The notes under the pieces: generated by a model
Told to the model about the DNA's origin: nothing
The model's database searches: none
Seen by the model: the letters and a program-made list of their open reading frames with translations, nothing else
Origin: Eledone cirrhosa
Taxonomy: Eukaryota
Direction of reading: 5' to 3'
Length of the DNA stretch: 64,000 nt
NCBI GenBank assembly: GCA_964016885.1
Contig: OZ024759.1
Span: 25,048,001 to 25,112,000 of the forward strand
Made by a program: the position numbers and the translations under genes
Shown: positions 1-12,270 of the stretch, one piece after another
How the letters are laid out: each line of letters begins with the position of its first letter
How positions within the stretch are numbered: position 1 is the first letter of the stretch

Positions 1-531
1 ATATATATAAATATATGTATGTGTGTGTGTGTGTATAAATATATATGTATATATATATATACATATGTGTGGGTGTGTGTGTGTATTTATATATCTTTAA
101 CAGAAAAGAATTAAATGAAAGAAATTGGCAAAGACTAATATTGGAGTAGTGCCATCTGGTACTTCATATGTAATATATGAAACATGAAACCATTTTACTT
201 CCCCCAAGATATATAACATATAATACATAATATAATATAAAATATATTATTCAATATAGTATATACTATATAATATAATACATAATATAAAATATATTTG
301 ATATTATATAATATAATATATATTATATTATATATAATATAATATATAGTACAATATATGATATAGTATATAATATATAACAGAGTTTAATATATAATAC
401 AATATATATGATACAATATATGATATAACATATAATATATTATATAATATAATATAATATAATATATAGTATAAAATATAATACTCAGTGTATAATATAT
501 AATATAGTATAACATATAATACAGTATAATA

Positions 532-1021
532 TCTTAACTATAATAAAGGAAGGTCTGCGGGGTTGCGTTCAGAATATATTTTTTTACCCCATTTGTAAAA
601 TAAGTTGGATTACTTTGAATAAATAATGAATGAATATTACATAAATTATGTGCTAAATTTCGTGGCTGTTGATTAAATATATTTTATAGCTTAATCTTTA
701 AAATTCACTTCTTTAAAATTATCAAATGTCAACACTTCCGGTTAGCGGCCGTTATATTACAACACTTATAATCGCATATATTTCCGTCGCTAATTTTCTC
801 CTAATGCAGTTTATATATACTGTTGTGTTTTTTTTTATATATCATGGATTACTGAATGCAGAAGACAGTGTAACATAGGCTTTGTTCAATTTTTGTGTAT
901 ATTGTCAATTACGATTTTATTTGATGTATCATATTTACATGCATATATACTTGTGTATAATATCAACATACACACTACACATGCTAACAGAAAACCACCT
1001 GTAGAGTGGTTTTTCTGCTAG
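532..1021 (+). mobile_element. Non-autonomous Helitron
   Basis: Begins A|TCTTAACTATAATAAAG and ends CTAG|T (1018-1021), preceded by hairpin CAGAAAACCAC-ctgtaga-GTGGTTTTTCTG (988-1017). Inserted between A and T with no TSD. These are canonical Helitron termini. Confidence 0.7.
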
Positions 1022-1031
1022 TATAATATAA

Positions 1032-1215
1032 TTGTTTCTACGTTAGGCACAAGGCCAGCAATTACCCAGTTCATTACTGGTACTTTATTTTAGCGACCCC
1101 TTAAGGATGAAAGGCAAAGTTAACCTCGGCGGGATTTGCACTCAGATCGTAAATAGACATAACTCTATGCTTCAAAGCATGGTGTCCGACTCTCTACCGA
1201 TACGGCCAATCTACC
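1032..1215 (-). mobile_element. tRNA-derived SINE, family B (short form)
   Basis: Minus strand reads head GGTAGATTGGCCGTATCGGTAGAG, B-box-like GAGTGCAAATCCC, body GCCTTTCATCCTTAAGGGGTCGCTAAAATAAAGTACCAG, tail GGCCTTGTGCCTAACGTAGAAACAAT. About 20 homologous copies in the window. Confidence 0.85.
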
Positions 1216-1424
1216 TATAATATAATATAGTATAATTCATAATTTAACAAAATGAGGCCCCTTCTCTATCTGAGCATAATATTAGTTGGACATGCTGTTT
1301 CTTCAGAAAGGAAGGGAGTGATGTGAGGAAGGGAGGAGAGATGTAATGATGATAATGGTGGCAGTGGTCATGATGATGATGGTGATGATAATGATGTACG
1401 TATGAGTCCCCAACACAACCACAA

Positions 1425-2136
1425 TACTGGGTGTATTTTATGACATCAACATTACCACTTTACAGAGTGTACTAGGTGTATTTTATCATGGTACTAACAG
1501 TACCACTTTACAGGTTGTACTGGGAGTATTTTATCATGGTACCAACACTACCACTTTAAAGAGTGTACTGCGTGTATTTTATCATGGTACTAGCACTACC
1601 ACTTTACAGGTTGTACTGGGAGTATTTTATCATGGTACCAGCACTACCACTTTACAGGTTGTACTGGGAGTATCTTATCATGGTACCAACACTACCACTT
1701 TACAGGTTGTACTGGAAGTATTTTATCATGGTACCAGCACTACCACTTTACAGAGTGTACTGTGTGTATTTTATCATGGTACCAACACTACCACTTTACA
1801 GGTTGTACTGGGAGTATTTTATCATGGTACCAACACTACCACTTTACAGGTTGTACTGGGAGTATTTTATCATGGTACCAACACTACCACTTTACAGAGT
1901 GTACCGCGTGTATTTTATCATGGTACCAACACTACCACTTTACAGGTTGTACTGGGAGTATTTTATCATGGTACCAACACTACCACTTTACAGAGTGTAC
2001 TGCGTGTATTTTATCATGGTACCAACACTACCACTTTACAGAGTGTACCGCGTGTATTTTATCATGGTACCAGCACTACCACTTTACAGAGTGTACTGCG
2101 TGTATTTTATCATGGTACCAACACTACCACTTTACA
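1425..2136. repeat. 48-bp minisatellite, about 14-15 units
   Basis: Unit GGGAGTATTTTATCATGGTACCAACACTACCACTTTACAGGTTGTACT with a variant ...CAGAGTGTACTGCGTGTATT...; gives the 16-aa periodic ORFs 1563..2165 and 1762..2253. Confidence 0.95.
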
Positions 2137-2432
2137 AAGTGGTGGTGGTGGGAAAGTGGAGGTGATGTTGGTGCTGGTTGGGGAAGAAAGAAAATTGTTG
2201 TAGATGGCAAAGAAGGTGAGGTGGTGGTGGTGGCAGTGGTCTTGGTCATATAATAACGTATAGATATATAAATTCAATAGAAATCAGGTTGATAGGAAGG
2301 AAGATCTTGAAATGAATGGTTCCAGAGTTTTTCCTACCAAATATCTGACAAGTTTCTCTAATATACTCAATCACAGAATAATTTTAATTTTTATTCTTAT
2401 TTCTTTCTTTAAAGGCGGGTAAAATTCCCGAG

Positions 2433-2463
<31 letters not shown>

Positions 2464-3109
2464 CACATATACATATATATACATATACATACATATACAT
2501 ATATATATATGTATATACTTTTACCATTTCAAACCTTCCAATCAATTTCAGAAATTTCTTAAATAACCCAAAACTAATTATTGGATTTGAAATATTCCAA
2601 ATGTGGTGCAGTGATAAATTTTGTCTCTAATTGAATTTGTTTGATAAGAAATGTAAAAATGTGAAAATTAAATTTTCAAATTCAAATTAGTATTTATTTG
2701 TTTATCCTTTTCACGAATTCTATTTTTGATAAATCGGTTGTAAATATTTCCAGTTCGGAATGTGTTAATAAGTCATAGATAGAAGAGAAGTAATTTACCG
2801 AATATATATGTATATATAAATCGATGATGTTGATATATATATATTTATATATATGTGTATGTATATATGTGTGTATGTATATATGTGTGTGTGTATATAT
2901 ATGCATATGTATATATGTATATATATATATATATGTATATGTATATATGTATATGTATATATATATGTATATATATATATATGCATATGTATATATGTAT
3001 ATATGTGTATATATATATGCCTGTATATAAATATGTGCATGTCTGTCTGTGTGAGACAAATCAAATATATTTGCCATCGCTGTTAAATAACCATTTCACC
3101 CATGAGGAA

Positions 3110-3215
3110 TATTTAGTTTGGAATTGGGTGTTGTGTGAGAGAGACAGACTGCACTGGTATCGACATGTGATGTGTATGGATTAGGATTCTTAGATGAATA
3201 AGTGGCAGGAGTTCA
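3110..3215 (+). pseudogene. Decayed RTE ORF C-terminal fragment
   Basis: Translates ...ERDRLHWYRHVMCMD, homologous to ERRLRWYGHVMRMK of the intact RTE ORF. Confidence 0.6.
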
Positions 3216-3254
3216 AAAAGGAGGAAACCCTGAGTATAAAAGGAATCAGATTAA

Positions 3255-3467
3255 ACCTTTAGCACTTAAAGCAGCCATATCCTGCCAGAATTCTCTCAGC
3301 TCTTTCTGTTCAAACCAGCTGTAACTGGCCACTCATACTGATGTTAAGATATTTTTCTCAAAATATATAATATCAAAATCTCATAGATTCAATATTATGT
3401 GGGATATATGAGATAAAGTGTTTACCATTTACATTAGTAAATATAGAGTAATGTAAATGCTAAAGGG
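3255..3467. mobile_element. piggyBac-type MITE
   Basis: TTAA|ACCTTTAGCACTTA ... TAAATGCTAAAGGG|TTAA: terminal inverted repeats with TTAA on both sides. Second copy at 21451-21923. Confidence 0.8.
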
Positions 3468-3474
3468 TTAACCA

Positions 3475-3648
3475 GGATTAAACCCCCAGCTACTGCTGGT
3501 ACCTATTTTCAGCTGAGTATACTGGAGCAATATGAAATGATGTGCTTTTCTCAAGAACACAATACACAACCCAGTTCAGGAATCAATCAAAACCTCGGCA
3601 TTGCGATCTTTAATCCTACACCCATACCACTAGGCCACACACCTCCAC
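3475..3648 (-). mobile_element. tRNA-derived CORE-type SINE, family A (diverged)
   Basis: Reverse complement has head TGGCCTAGTGGTATGGGTGT, then TTCTTGAGAAAAGCAC...TTGCTCCAGTATACTCAGCTGAAAAT, as in other family A copies. Closest to 62880-63160. Confidence 0.75.
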
Positions 3649-3899
3649 TTCTTTACTAGCAGCTATATATATATATATTGTGGCACCAGCTCAACCATGT
3701 TGCATTACCAGAATTTAAATCCCGGGGTCAATTATTATAACAACAAAAACATCTCCTCCTCTCTATGATAGATGGCACTCTGTCACTCTGGCTTAGCAAC
3801 AAACATATATCAAACTTCTTACTGTTTGTTTTTTCCATTCCAAAACCAATTTTCAGCAAGTGTCTTACAAGAGGAGAGAAAAATCTCATTAAACAATGG

Positions 3900-3900
3900 C

Positions 3901-3956
<56 letters not shown>

Positions 3957-4002
3957 CAACAACAACACCAACAACAATAATAAACAACAACAATAATAAT
4001 AA
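3900..4002. repeat. (AAT)n/(AAC)n microsatellite
   Basis: Direct reading. Confidence 0.95.
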
Positions 4003-4366
4003 GCGTATGAAAATGGTGGATATTTCCTAACATAATAAGACATGTGTTAAGACATTACTTACGGCACAAGTATCAGAAGTAATCGAAATATATGATTATT
4101 TTCATCAATAAAAATATTAATCCTCTTTACAATGTTGTCAGTGTTACCAATGTTGGTTCAATAGCAGAGTAGATGAGCTTCTTTTATTCTGCTTGATAAC
4201 CTGCACTGGATTACACAGATATGTCTGTGTATGTATATATATACACACACACATATCTATCTATCTATCTATATATATAAATCTATACACACACATGTGA
4301 ATGTGTGTGTGTATATATGTGTATATATACTAATATATATATATATATTTCTGTAACCCTCTATTT

Positions 4367-4418
<52 letters not shown>

Positions 4419-4613
4419 TCCGCAGTTCACAGTAATAATAATAATATATTATTATTATTATTAAACTCTACTTCAGAGATTTGATTCTGACTTAGTTTTT
4501 TTTTCTATTTAATTGCTAGATATTGTTCTCCATACAGTAACGGTTAAACTCACTTGTAATAATTCTTTACACACATCTCACTGTGTAACACACTTCTCTT
4601 TGTGTAATATATT

Positions 4614-4648
<35 letters not shown>

Positions 4649-5077
4649 ATGTGTGTATGTAGTAAAATATTGGTGGTTGTGAAAAATGAAAAAGGGTACT
4701 CAATCTGGTATATATTATATTATTAAATATTACATTATTTATTTATGTTCAGACATAGAACAAAAAGTGCTAACGAAGGTTTCAAGATATAATTATAACC
4801 AGCTCCACAGATTGTGCATAGTGGTGTAGAGTGGAAGAGAGATCAAATTTGTGACCTAGTACATATATATATATATATATATATATGGTGGTGGTGGTGA
4901 AAAAAACCAGGAGGTAAGTAAAGCACTCATTCCAGAGTTTGGTATAGAATAAGTTCTACAACAAATTAGCAAACTATAGTAGAGGACACATATTCCACCG
5001 ATCGGATTTTCAAGTTCCATTCTCACCGCAGCCATAAACAGGTTGAAAATTTGTTGTGGAACTAATTATATATATAT

Positions 5078-5336
5078 TGATCACCTTGACCGACCAGTCT
5101 GTCGGGCACCAATCGGCGCCGCTGGTCACAGCACGTCATGCTGTTTTAGCCATAAGATAACGCCATCCCACTGGCTGGGCGGGCAGGCTGGTACTCATTT
5201 CTACAGCTGAGTAAACTGGAGCAACGTGAAATAAAGTGTCTTGCTCAAGGAAACAACACATCACCCGGTCCGAGAATTGAACTCACAACCTTTCGATTGC
5301 AAGCCCAATGCTCTAACCACTAAGCCATGCGCCTTC
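5078..5336 (-). mobile_element. tRNA-derived CORE-type SINE, family A
   Basis: Minus strand: GAAGGCGCATGGCTTAGTGGTTAGAGC (A box), GAGTTCAATTCTC (B box), CCTTGAGCAAGACACTTTA (CORE-like), then a distinct CpG-rich tail. Flanked by (TA)n. Confidence 0.85.
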
Positions 5337-5354
5337 ACATATATATATATATAT

Positions 5355-5503
5355 CAGATAGGGTGTGGTAAAATACCAGGTGGACCATAACTCACCAGAG
5401 TACTCGATACTTGGGGTAGTAGAGTGGGTAATATGAAAAGATTCAGGACCCCAGCTGCTGAAATGGCCAGAATTCAGCCATCGGGGTGCTGAATCTTTTC
5501 CTA
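5355..5503. mobile_element. Asymmetric palindromic element (Crypton-like non-autonomous?)
   Basis: Leader GGACCATAACTCACCAGAGTACTCGATACTTGGGGTAGTAGAGTGGGTAAT shared with 15741-15931 and 42740-42967, followed by inverted repeat GAAAAGATTCAG...CTGAATCTTTTC. Confidence 0.6.
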
Positions 5504-5805
5504 TATATATATATTTATATATATACTGCCTGGGAGGTCAGTAGCCTCGCTTTAGTGCTGATGTGCTATGTGTAAACCCAACGAACCCTTGCTAGCAAGG
5601 GAAGCAGACATTAAAATGATGATAATGATGATGACTATATATATATATATATTTGTGTCAATATATGTATGTGTATGTATAGTTACAGTTATATGTGCAT
5701 ACATCTCATCTGACTGTATGTGTCTGTGTGATTATACATATATTATCATCATCATTTTTTAGCAGACGTTAAAACGACAATGATGCTATGTGTGTATGTG
5801 TGTGG

Positions 5806-5892
<87 letters not shown>

Positions 5893-6083
5893 GAGTTAGA
5901 TTAGATGTATGCACATATAACTGTAAATGTATAATCCATTAAAAGCATTTCATCCATCAGCTTTTACCGTTTTTGTTATAGAACTGTAATTTGTATCTTC
6001 TTTTCATTTGCAATAAACTTCACCATTCTTGTGTCTATAAGTGATTCTATCTGAAGGGGGTAAGTTCTATGATTCAAAAAAAT

Positions 6084-6189
<106 letters not shown>

Positions 6190-6384
6190 AATATATATAT
6201 ATAAACATATATATATTTATATATATGCATGTGTGATGTGTTTTTTTCCTCCAAAATGATTGACTGAATACACACGCTTTTTCTTGAAACAAAATTTCTT
6301 TTCATGTTCCATCCTCTTCTCACTCTCATCATCATCATCATCATCATATCTTTATATTTCATCTTTTATTTCTCATTCTATCTT

Positions 6385-6409
6385 CTGATGAAGGATTAGT
6401 GTCCGAAAC
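6385..6409 (+). ncRNA. Truncated hammerhead ribozyme core
   Basis: CTGATGA-A-GGA-ttagtg-TCC-GAAAC is present; the 3' NUH site and stem I partner are missing. Confidence 0.4.
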
Positions 6410-6510
6410 ATACACTCTTTTCCTACTATATCAAGCATTAATCTAATAGATTTCTTTATGTGTACTGTGTTGTTTATGTTGCTGTTTCCATTGCATGCAT
6501 ACACATACAT

Positions 6511-6579
<69 letters not shown>

Positions 6580-7780
6580 TACATACATGTACGGTCATTT
6601 CAATTGTGGAGAAAAAAACAATAATATTATTAGTTAAGTAACTCTATTATTGAATTTTGAATTATAAATGCTCTGCTACTAGAACTATTTGCTCCTTAAG
6701 AACGAAAGGTAAAAATGTGCATTGAGCTTAACTCATCATACCAATGATGAATTGTTACACTATAACCTAAGTATGGCCTCAGCGAATTTGAAAATTAGGC
6801 AGTAACATGTGCTTATACCGTATTTGACTAACTAGAATGACTATTAGTTAGGATTTGTTTTTTAATGTATATATATATACCGTTCCTCCTCCTCATTATT
6901 AATATCATTAGCACTCATCTTAAAGATACCAACTAAGGTGAAATACAAAACAGAATACCACACTGGCTGCCAAACCTATATAATCAAAGAATGCTCAAAC
7001 TGGTAACCCATTAGTAACTAAATGTTACACACCAATACACTATATCATTGTTATCATTTAACATCCACTTTCTCTGCTAGCAAGGGCTGGACAGTTCTAT
7101 ATAGAATAAGTCAGTACTAAAGCGGGGCTACTGACCTCCCAGACTAGCCAAGGGGTCTGTATCGCGCTAAGAGTGCAGAGGAGTTGATGTGTCTTTTGAT
7201 ACAAACTGAAGTGTCTTTCTAATCCCTTGTTTGGTGAGCTTTCTGTGGGTGGATGCCTTTCCTAACACGATCCAATTTACAGCATGTACTGGGTGGCTTT
7301 TATTGTGTAGATCACCAGCAATATACATATATCTATCATTATCATCACCATTTAACATTCATTTCCCATGTTTGCATGGGTTAGATGGATTGTCCACATC
7401 ATGAGACTAGTCTGGCCAGATTGGCCACACCGTTCCTTGCTCAGATGGAAGTGTAAATTTGTATGTGTATATATATATATATATGGCCCACCATTATACT
7501 TTGAAACATATGTAGAATTAAAATATGTTTTACATATAACTTGGTTATTCTCTCTCAATTTATTAAATGTTGAGCTCTGCAGCCCGTGGCCTAACAATCT
7601 ATAGCAGAATCTACAATGGCTAAGAAGTTCCTCAGCCTTTTTGGATTACTGCTGGATTAAGGACTCTGATTAGCATAGAGCTTCTATCATCTTTACCGGG
7701 TTCTATATTGGTAAACTTGAATACACACACGTGTTTCTTTCATAGGAGATCCAAAAGGCCGACCTTTGTAAATCTTGCTA

Positions 7781-7893
7781 ATAATTGTTTCTACTTTTGG
7801 CACAAGGCCATCAATTACTTCAGTGTGTTACTAGTAGTTTATTTTATCGACCCCGTAAGGATGAAAGGCAAAATTAACCACGGCGGGATTTGA
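7781..7893 (-). mobile_element. SINE family B, 5'-truncated
   Basis: Same tail and body as 38046-38230; homology stops within the B box. Confidence 0.85.
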
Positions 7894-8560
7894 AATCAAT
7901 GAAATGTATGAAGGGATATTTTTTCCTGTAAAGCAATAACACATGTTGCTTATAATTAGGTCAAATAAAAACCTTGTTATTTCTCCCCACTGGCATAGTT
8001 TTCATATTGGTGGCCTTTCTCAAGAAAGTAACAGGTTTGATTGGCAGGGGATGAATAAAGATAAAAAAATGGGGGGAAACAAGGACACAAAGGTGCAACA
8101 TGTCAATTAAAGGGTCAAGTAAGTTGTTGTAGGGATTTACCATAACAATTTCACTGTAGGGATAATGAATTGACAATGTTTGTTTGGGTATACTCTATTA
8201 TCATATCATTATAAGGTATGACAGCAAGACACAAGAGATACAACAAGGCATCACATCACAACTTTGTTGTTAATTAGAAAAGATATACACTTACACATAT
8301 ATATATATATATATTAATACGTGTGTGTGTGTATTTATATACTCACATATGTGTGTATATATATATACATATATATGCATATGTATATATATTTCCTATA
8401 ACCTCATCAATATACATATGTATATATATTGCCTATAACCTCGGCAGTATATGTATATATATATACCCTATAACCTAGTCAATATATATATATATATATA
8501 TACACATACATATATATATATGTGTGTATATATATATGTATATATATATGTGTGTATATT

Positions 8561-8617
<57 letters not shown>

Positions 8618-8670
8618 TTGCTGGCATGGGCGTGCATCTGTGCGCTTATGTTAGTTGATATATTAAATTA

Positions 8671-8716
<46 letters not shown>

Positions 8717-8986
8717 TTGACGAGGTTATCGGAAATATATATACATATATATATTGATGAGGTTATAGGAAATATATATACATATGCATATATATGTATA
8801 TATATATATATATATACATACACATAAGTGAGTATATAAATACACACACACACACAGACCCATGCTAGCGTGGAAGATGGACGTTAAATGATGATGATAT
8901 ATACAATTATATATATATATATATGTATATATATTTCCTATAACCTCGTCAATATATATATATATATATATTCCCTATAACCTCAT

Positions 8987-9064
<78 letters not shown>

Positions 9065-9109
9065 AAGTAAAATAAAAAGTCAAATGTTTAAAATTTAGCT
9101 TCGTTTTTT

Positions 9110-9164
9110 ACTGCTATATATATTTCGGTGACAGCCATCTTTGGCTGTGCCCTCTTCAGGCAGT
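9110..9164 (-). ncRNA. Type I hammerhead ribozyme (minimal, palindromic stem III)
   Basis: Minus strand: ACTGC-CTGAAGA-GG gc ACAGCCA aaga TGGCTGT ca CC-GAAA-TATATA-TA-GCAGT. Stem I ACTGC/GCAGT, CUGANGA and GAAA cores intact, G10.1-C11.1 pair, AUA cleavage triplet. Confidence 0.75.
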
Positions 9165-10495
9165 CCGAATTAGTGTGATATAGACAAGTACATATGTTGT
9201 TGAGGTGTATAATATTGTCAATACTCTGATATGCCCAGTTCCTGGTTGGGTTGTTATTTCACTGAGGAACTGGAATCATATATATATGGTATACAACCAA
9301 CATATACTCAAAAATATATATATATATATTTCCTATAACCTCGTCAATATATATATGTATATTTAGGGTTAGCTGAAGCACTTTTCATTTTACTGTGGCA
9401 GAAATTGAGATTAAATTCCATCATCATCGTCGTGATCTTACCATTATCATAATCATCGTTTAATCATCAGTAGACTGGCAGAATCGGTAGACCATCAGGC
9501 AATATGCTTTGCAGCATAGAGTTACGTTCCTTTGCTGTATTGGTTAATCTGACAGGCTAGAGAGTGGTGTGTGTGGTACCTGTGCGTTTTATTGAGGGTG
9601 TGTGGTACCAAGTGCATTTTATTGAGAGTGGGTGCAGGTGTAAAAGGTCAGCTGCTGTGGCCTGTGCAAAGCTTTGGTGGCATGTGGACATGTGGGAGTG
9701 TGGTGTGTGGTGTTTTGAGAGCGTGTAGAAAGGGAACCTGACTTCTCCTCTAAATAGCTGCAGCAAAACAGCTCGAGTGTACTCCATTGAAGACATTCAC
9801 GACGACACAGGTGGTTGTGTACACCTGGGTTACATAATAAGAAAGGGAACCTGACTTCTCTTCTAAATACTTGCAACAGAGCAGTTGGAGTATACTCTGT
9901 TGAAGGCGTTCACAAAGACGATGACGACAATCACATCTACACAGGTGGTTGTGTACACCTGGGTTACATATTAAGTTAACGTAGTGTATGGAAATAAATA
10001 AAGAGAGAAAGAAGCACTACCTTTTACAAGAATACAGAACATAACCTTATGTCTTCTCTCCTCCCCCTTCTCATTCTCATCTCAGTCTGCATATATTAGA
10101 GGAAAATGGATTAGTTTTACGGTTGATTAAATTTGGCAAACAACTCCACCTCCCATCCAATGTTCACTGGGAATATTATATTTATTACATAATGGATTCC
10201 TGGAGAATATTTCTCTGGAAACTCTCAACTGAAATATCAATTCTATTATGCAGGAATTTTGGTGGTTGGTTTGTTGGCTGGTTGGTTCATTGGTTCGATG
10301 GTTAGGTTTTTTTTTTTTATTTTTCTCCTGCCATTGCTTCCCATATTTCAAATATCCCTGGCATACATACCCACATATATATATACATACAAACACACAC
10401 ACGCATATATATATATATATATAAACACACATCTATATATTATATATAGAGAGAGAAAGAGAAATGGATACATACAGAGATAGATAAATAGACAG

Positions 10496-10535
<40 letters not shown>

Positions 10536-10654
10536 GGGGGGGAGATAAATACATAGGTATGTTTCTTTATTAGCCACAGGGGCACAAAAGAAGAGAGATA
10601 AATACATAGATAGATAGATATATATATAGAGAAATAGACATGATAGATAGATAT

Positions 10655-11580
10655 ATTTCTTTATTTGCCACAAGGGCGCACAAGAAAAGGGGACAATACA
10701 AAGACACATACCGGGGATTTTACATACAGTCGTATAAAAATATTGAAACAAACAATTATAACAATCGAAATCCCCAACAGGAGGGAAGTGCCACAAATGG
10801 GTTGTTTAATACCCCGTCGATAGAACAACCCTCAACTTCAGGAGCATGTTGTGCAAGTGCTCCCTTCTTCCTTTTGCTCTCTTCTTTAACCTACAAGCTT
10901 ATAAACAGAGAAGGCCCAATCACTCGGGCCATTTTCGCTTCATTCACCCACCTTTCAGTAAATTTACTGGGGTACAGTGCCTCTCTCTCTCCACTCTGAT
11001 TCTCCTTCTAAAGTGATACTTAAAGAAGGGAATCAATTGTTGTCCAGAGAGAAAGGCATCTGCCCTCAGTCCTCTCAATCTCGTCCACCATATAACCTCT
11101 TTCACCATAGCCACTGTACAGAGGAAAACCGCCTATCTTTTATTTTTGAAAGAGGCTGGCGGTTTGATCCTTACTATGGACTCAGCAGTCAACTGGATTT
11201 GTCCCATACGCAACGGCATAACCTGACGTCGCTTTTCGCAGTCCCGGTTCTAAAGGGATGCTCTGCAAAAGCTCCAACTTCCGCAGTAGTGGCTCTAGAG
11301 TCAATACGTACAGAATGGTGGAGAGAGGGCATTTCTGTCGAATGGAACGCGCGATTGCGAATGGCTCCGATAGGTAGCCATTCACCTTGACCCTCGAGCA
11401 GATGCTGGTGTGCATCGCCTTGATCCAGCCCCTGAAAATGGGACTGAAACCGGCCGCCTTGAGAACTGCTGCCAAGTATCGATGGTCGGCCCTATCGAAT
11501 GCCTTAGACTGATCTAAATTGATCAGAGCCCCACCAAAGCTGGGTTTACACCCAGCCCTCTCTATGATGTATCGCATGTA
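10655..11580 (-). mobile_element. L1/Tx1-like LINE, 5'-truncated and internally deleted
   Basis: RT motifs LDQSKAFDRADH, FRGWIKAMH, VKVNGYLSEPF, RSIRQKCPLS (11220-11580) joined to an ORF2 C-terminus VKEVIWWTRLRG...FFKYHFRRRIRVERE...ERWV. The 3' end AATAAAGAAAT runs into (ATCT)n. Confidence 0.85.
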
Positions 11581-11651
11581 AATAGATAGATAGATATAGA
11601 GAAATCGACAGACATAGATAGATAGATAGGTAAATGGATAGATATAGAGAA

Positions 11652-11700
<49 letters not shown>

Positions 11701-12089
11701 TAAATAAATAAATAAATAGATAGATAAGATAGATAGACAGATAGAGATGAAGAACAAAGAGAAAGATACATTAAAAGACTAAAGAGAACAGAGTAAGTTT
11801 CCAACTGAGAAGAACAATATAAAAAACAAATAAATTAATAAAAATAATACAAAAAAACAACTAAACATTAGGTGAAAAAAAAAACTATGAAAAATGATAA
11901 TATGATTAGGGGACAGATGTAGATGTATCAATACTATTGATTGGTTATAGACAAACTATAACCAGTGAAGCTCATTAATGCATATCGAACAATTTTACAT
12001 AGAGTTCTGCTCTCATTATATCATTTCTTGAATCAGAAATATGTTGTTTTCTATCATAGACATTAGGTCGAAAAATATCTTTAAAGGAA

Positions 12090-12270
12090 CGATGGTGTGG
12101 TGTGGTGTGGTGTGGTGAGGTGCGGTGTGGTATAGTGTGGTATGGTATATGATATGGTGGGTGCCCTATGGTATAGTATGGTATGGTATAGTGCGGTGTA
12201 GTATGATACGGTATAGAATGGTATGGTATGGTGTAGTATGGTGTGGTGCGATATGGTATGGTATGGTACG
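12090..12270. repeat. (TATGG/TGTGG)n pentanucleotide repeat
   Basis: Direct reading. A similar TGTTG/TATGG array lies at 41930-42097. Confidence 0.9.

Noticed and set aside
1563-2253. 200-aa and 163-aa repetitive ORFs; CRISPR-like periodicity
   Set aside because: 48-bp minisatellite with only two recurring variants, no unique spacers and no cas genes.
2694-3184. YIYIYI-, HTHT- and CVCV-type ORFs here and throughout (e.g. 16073-16714, 31937-32775, 55241-55919)
   Set aside because: Translations of (TA)n/(CA)n microsatellites, which lack stop codons; no coding signal.
5265-5336. tRNA gene (TGC-like anticodon loop) at SINE A heads
   Set aside because: No closing acceptor stem; runs into the CORE domain; multiple diverged copies. 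It is a SINE head.
9705-9972. Local duplication (AGAAAGGGAACCTGACTTCTC...GTACACCTGGGTTACATA twice)
   Set aside because: Two diverged copies of about 130 bp with no termini or structure; ordinary tandem duplication.
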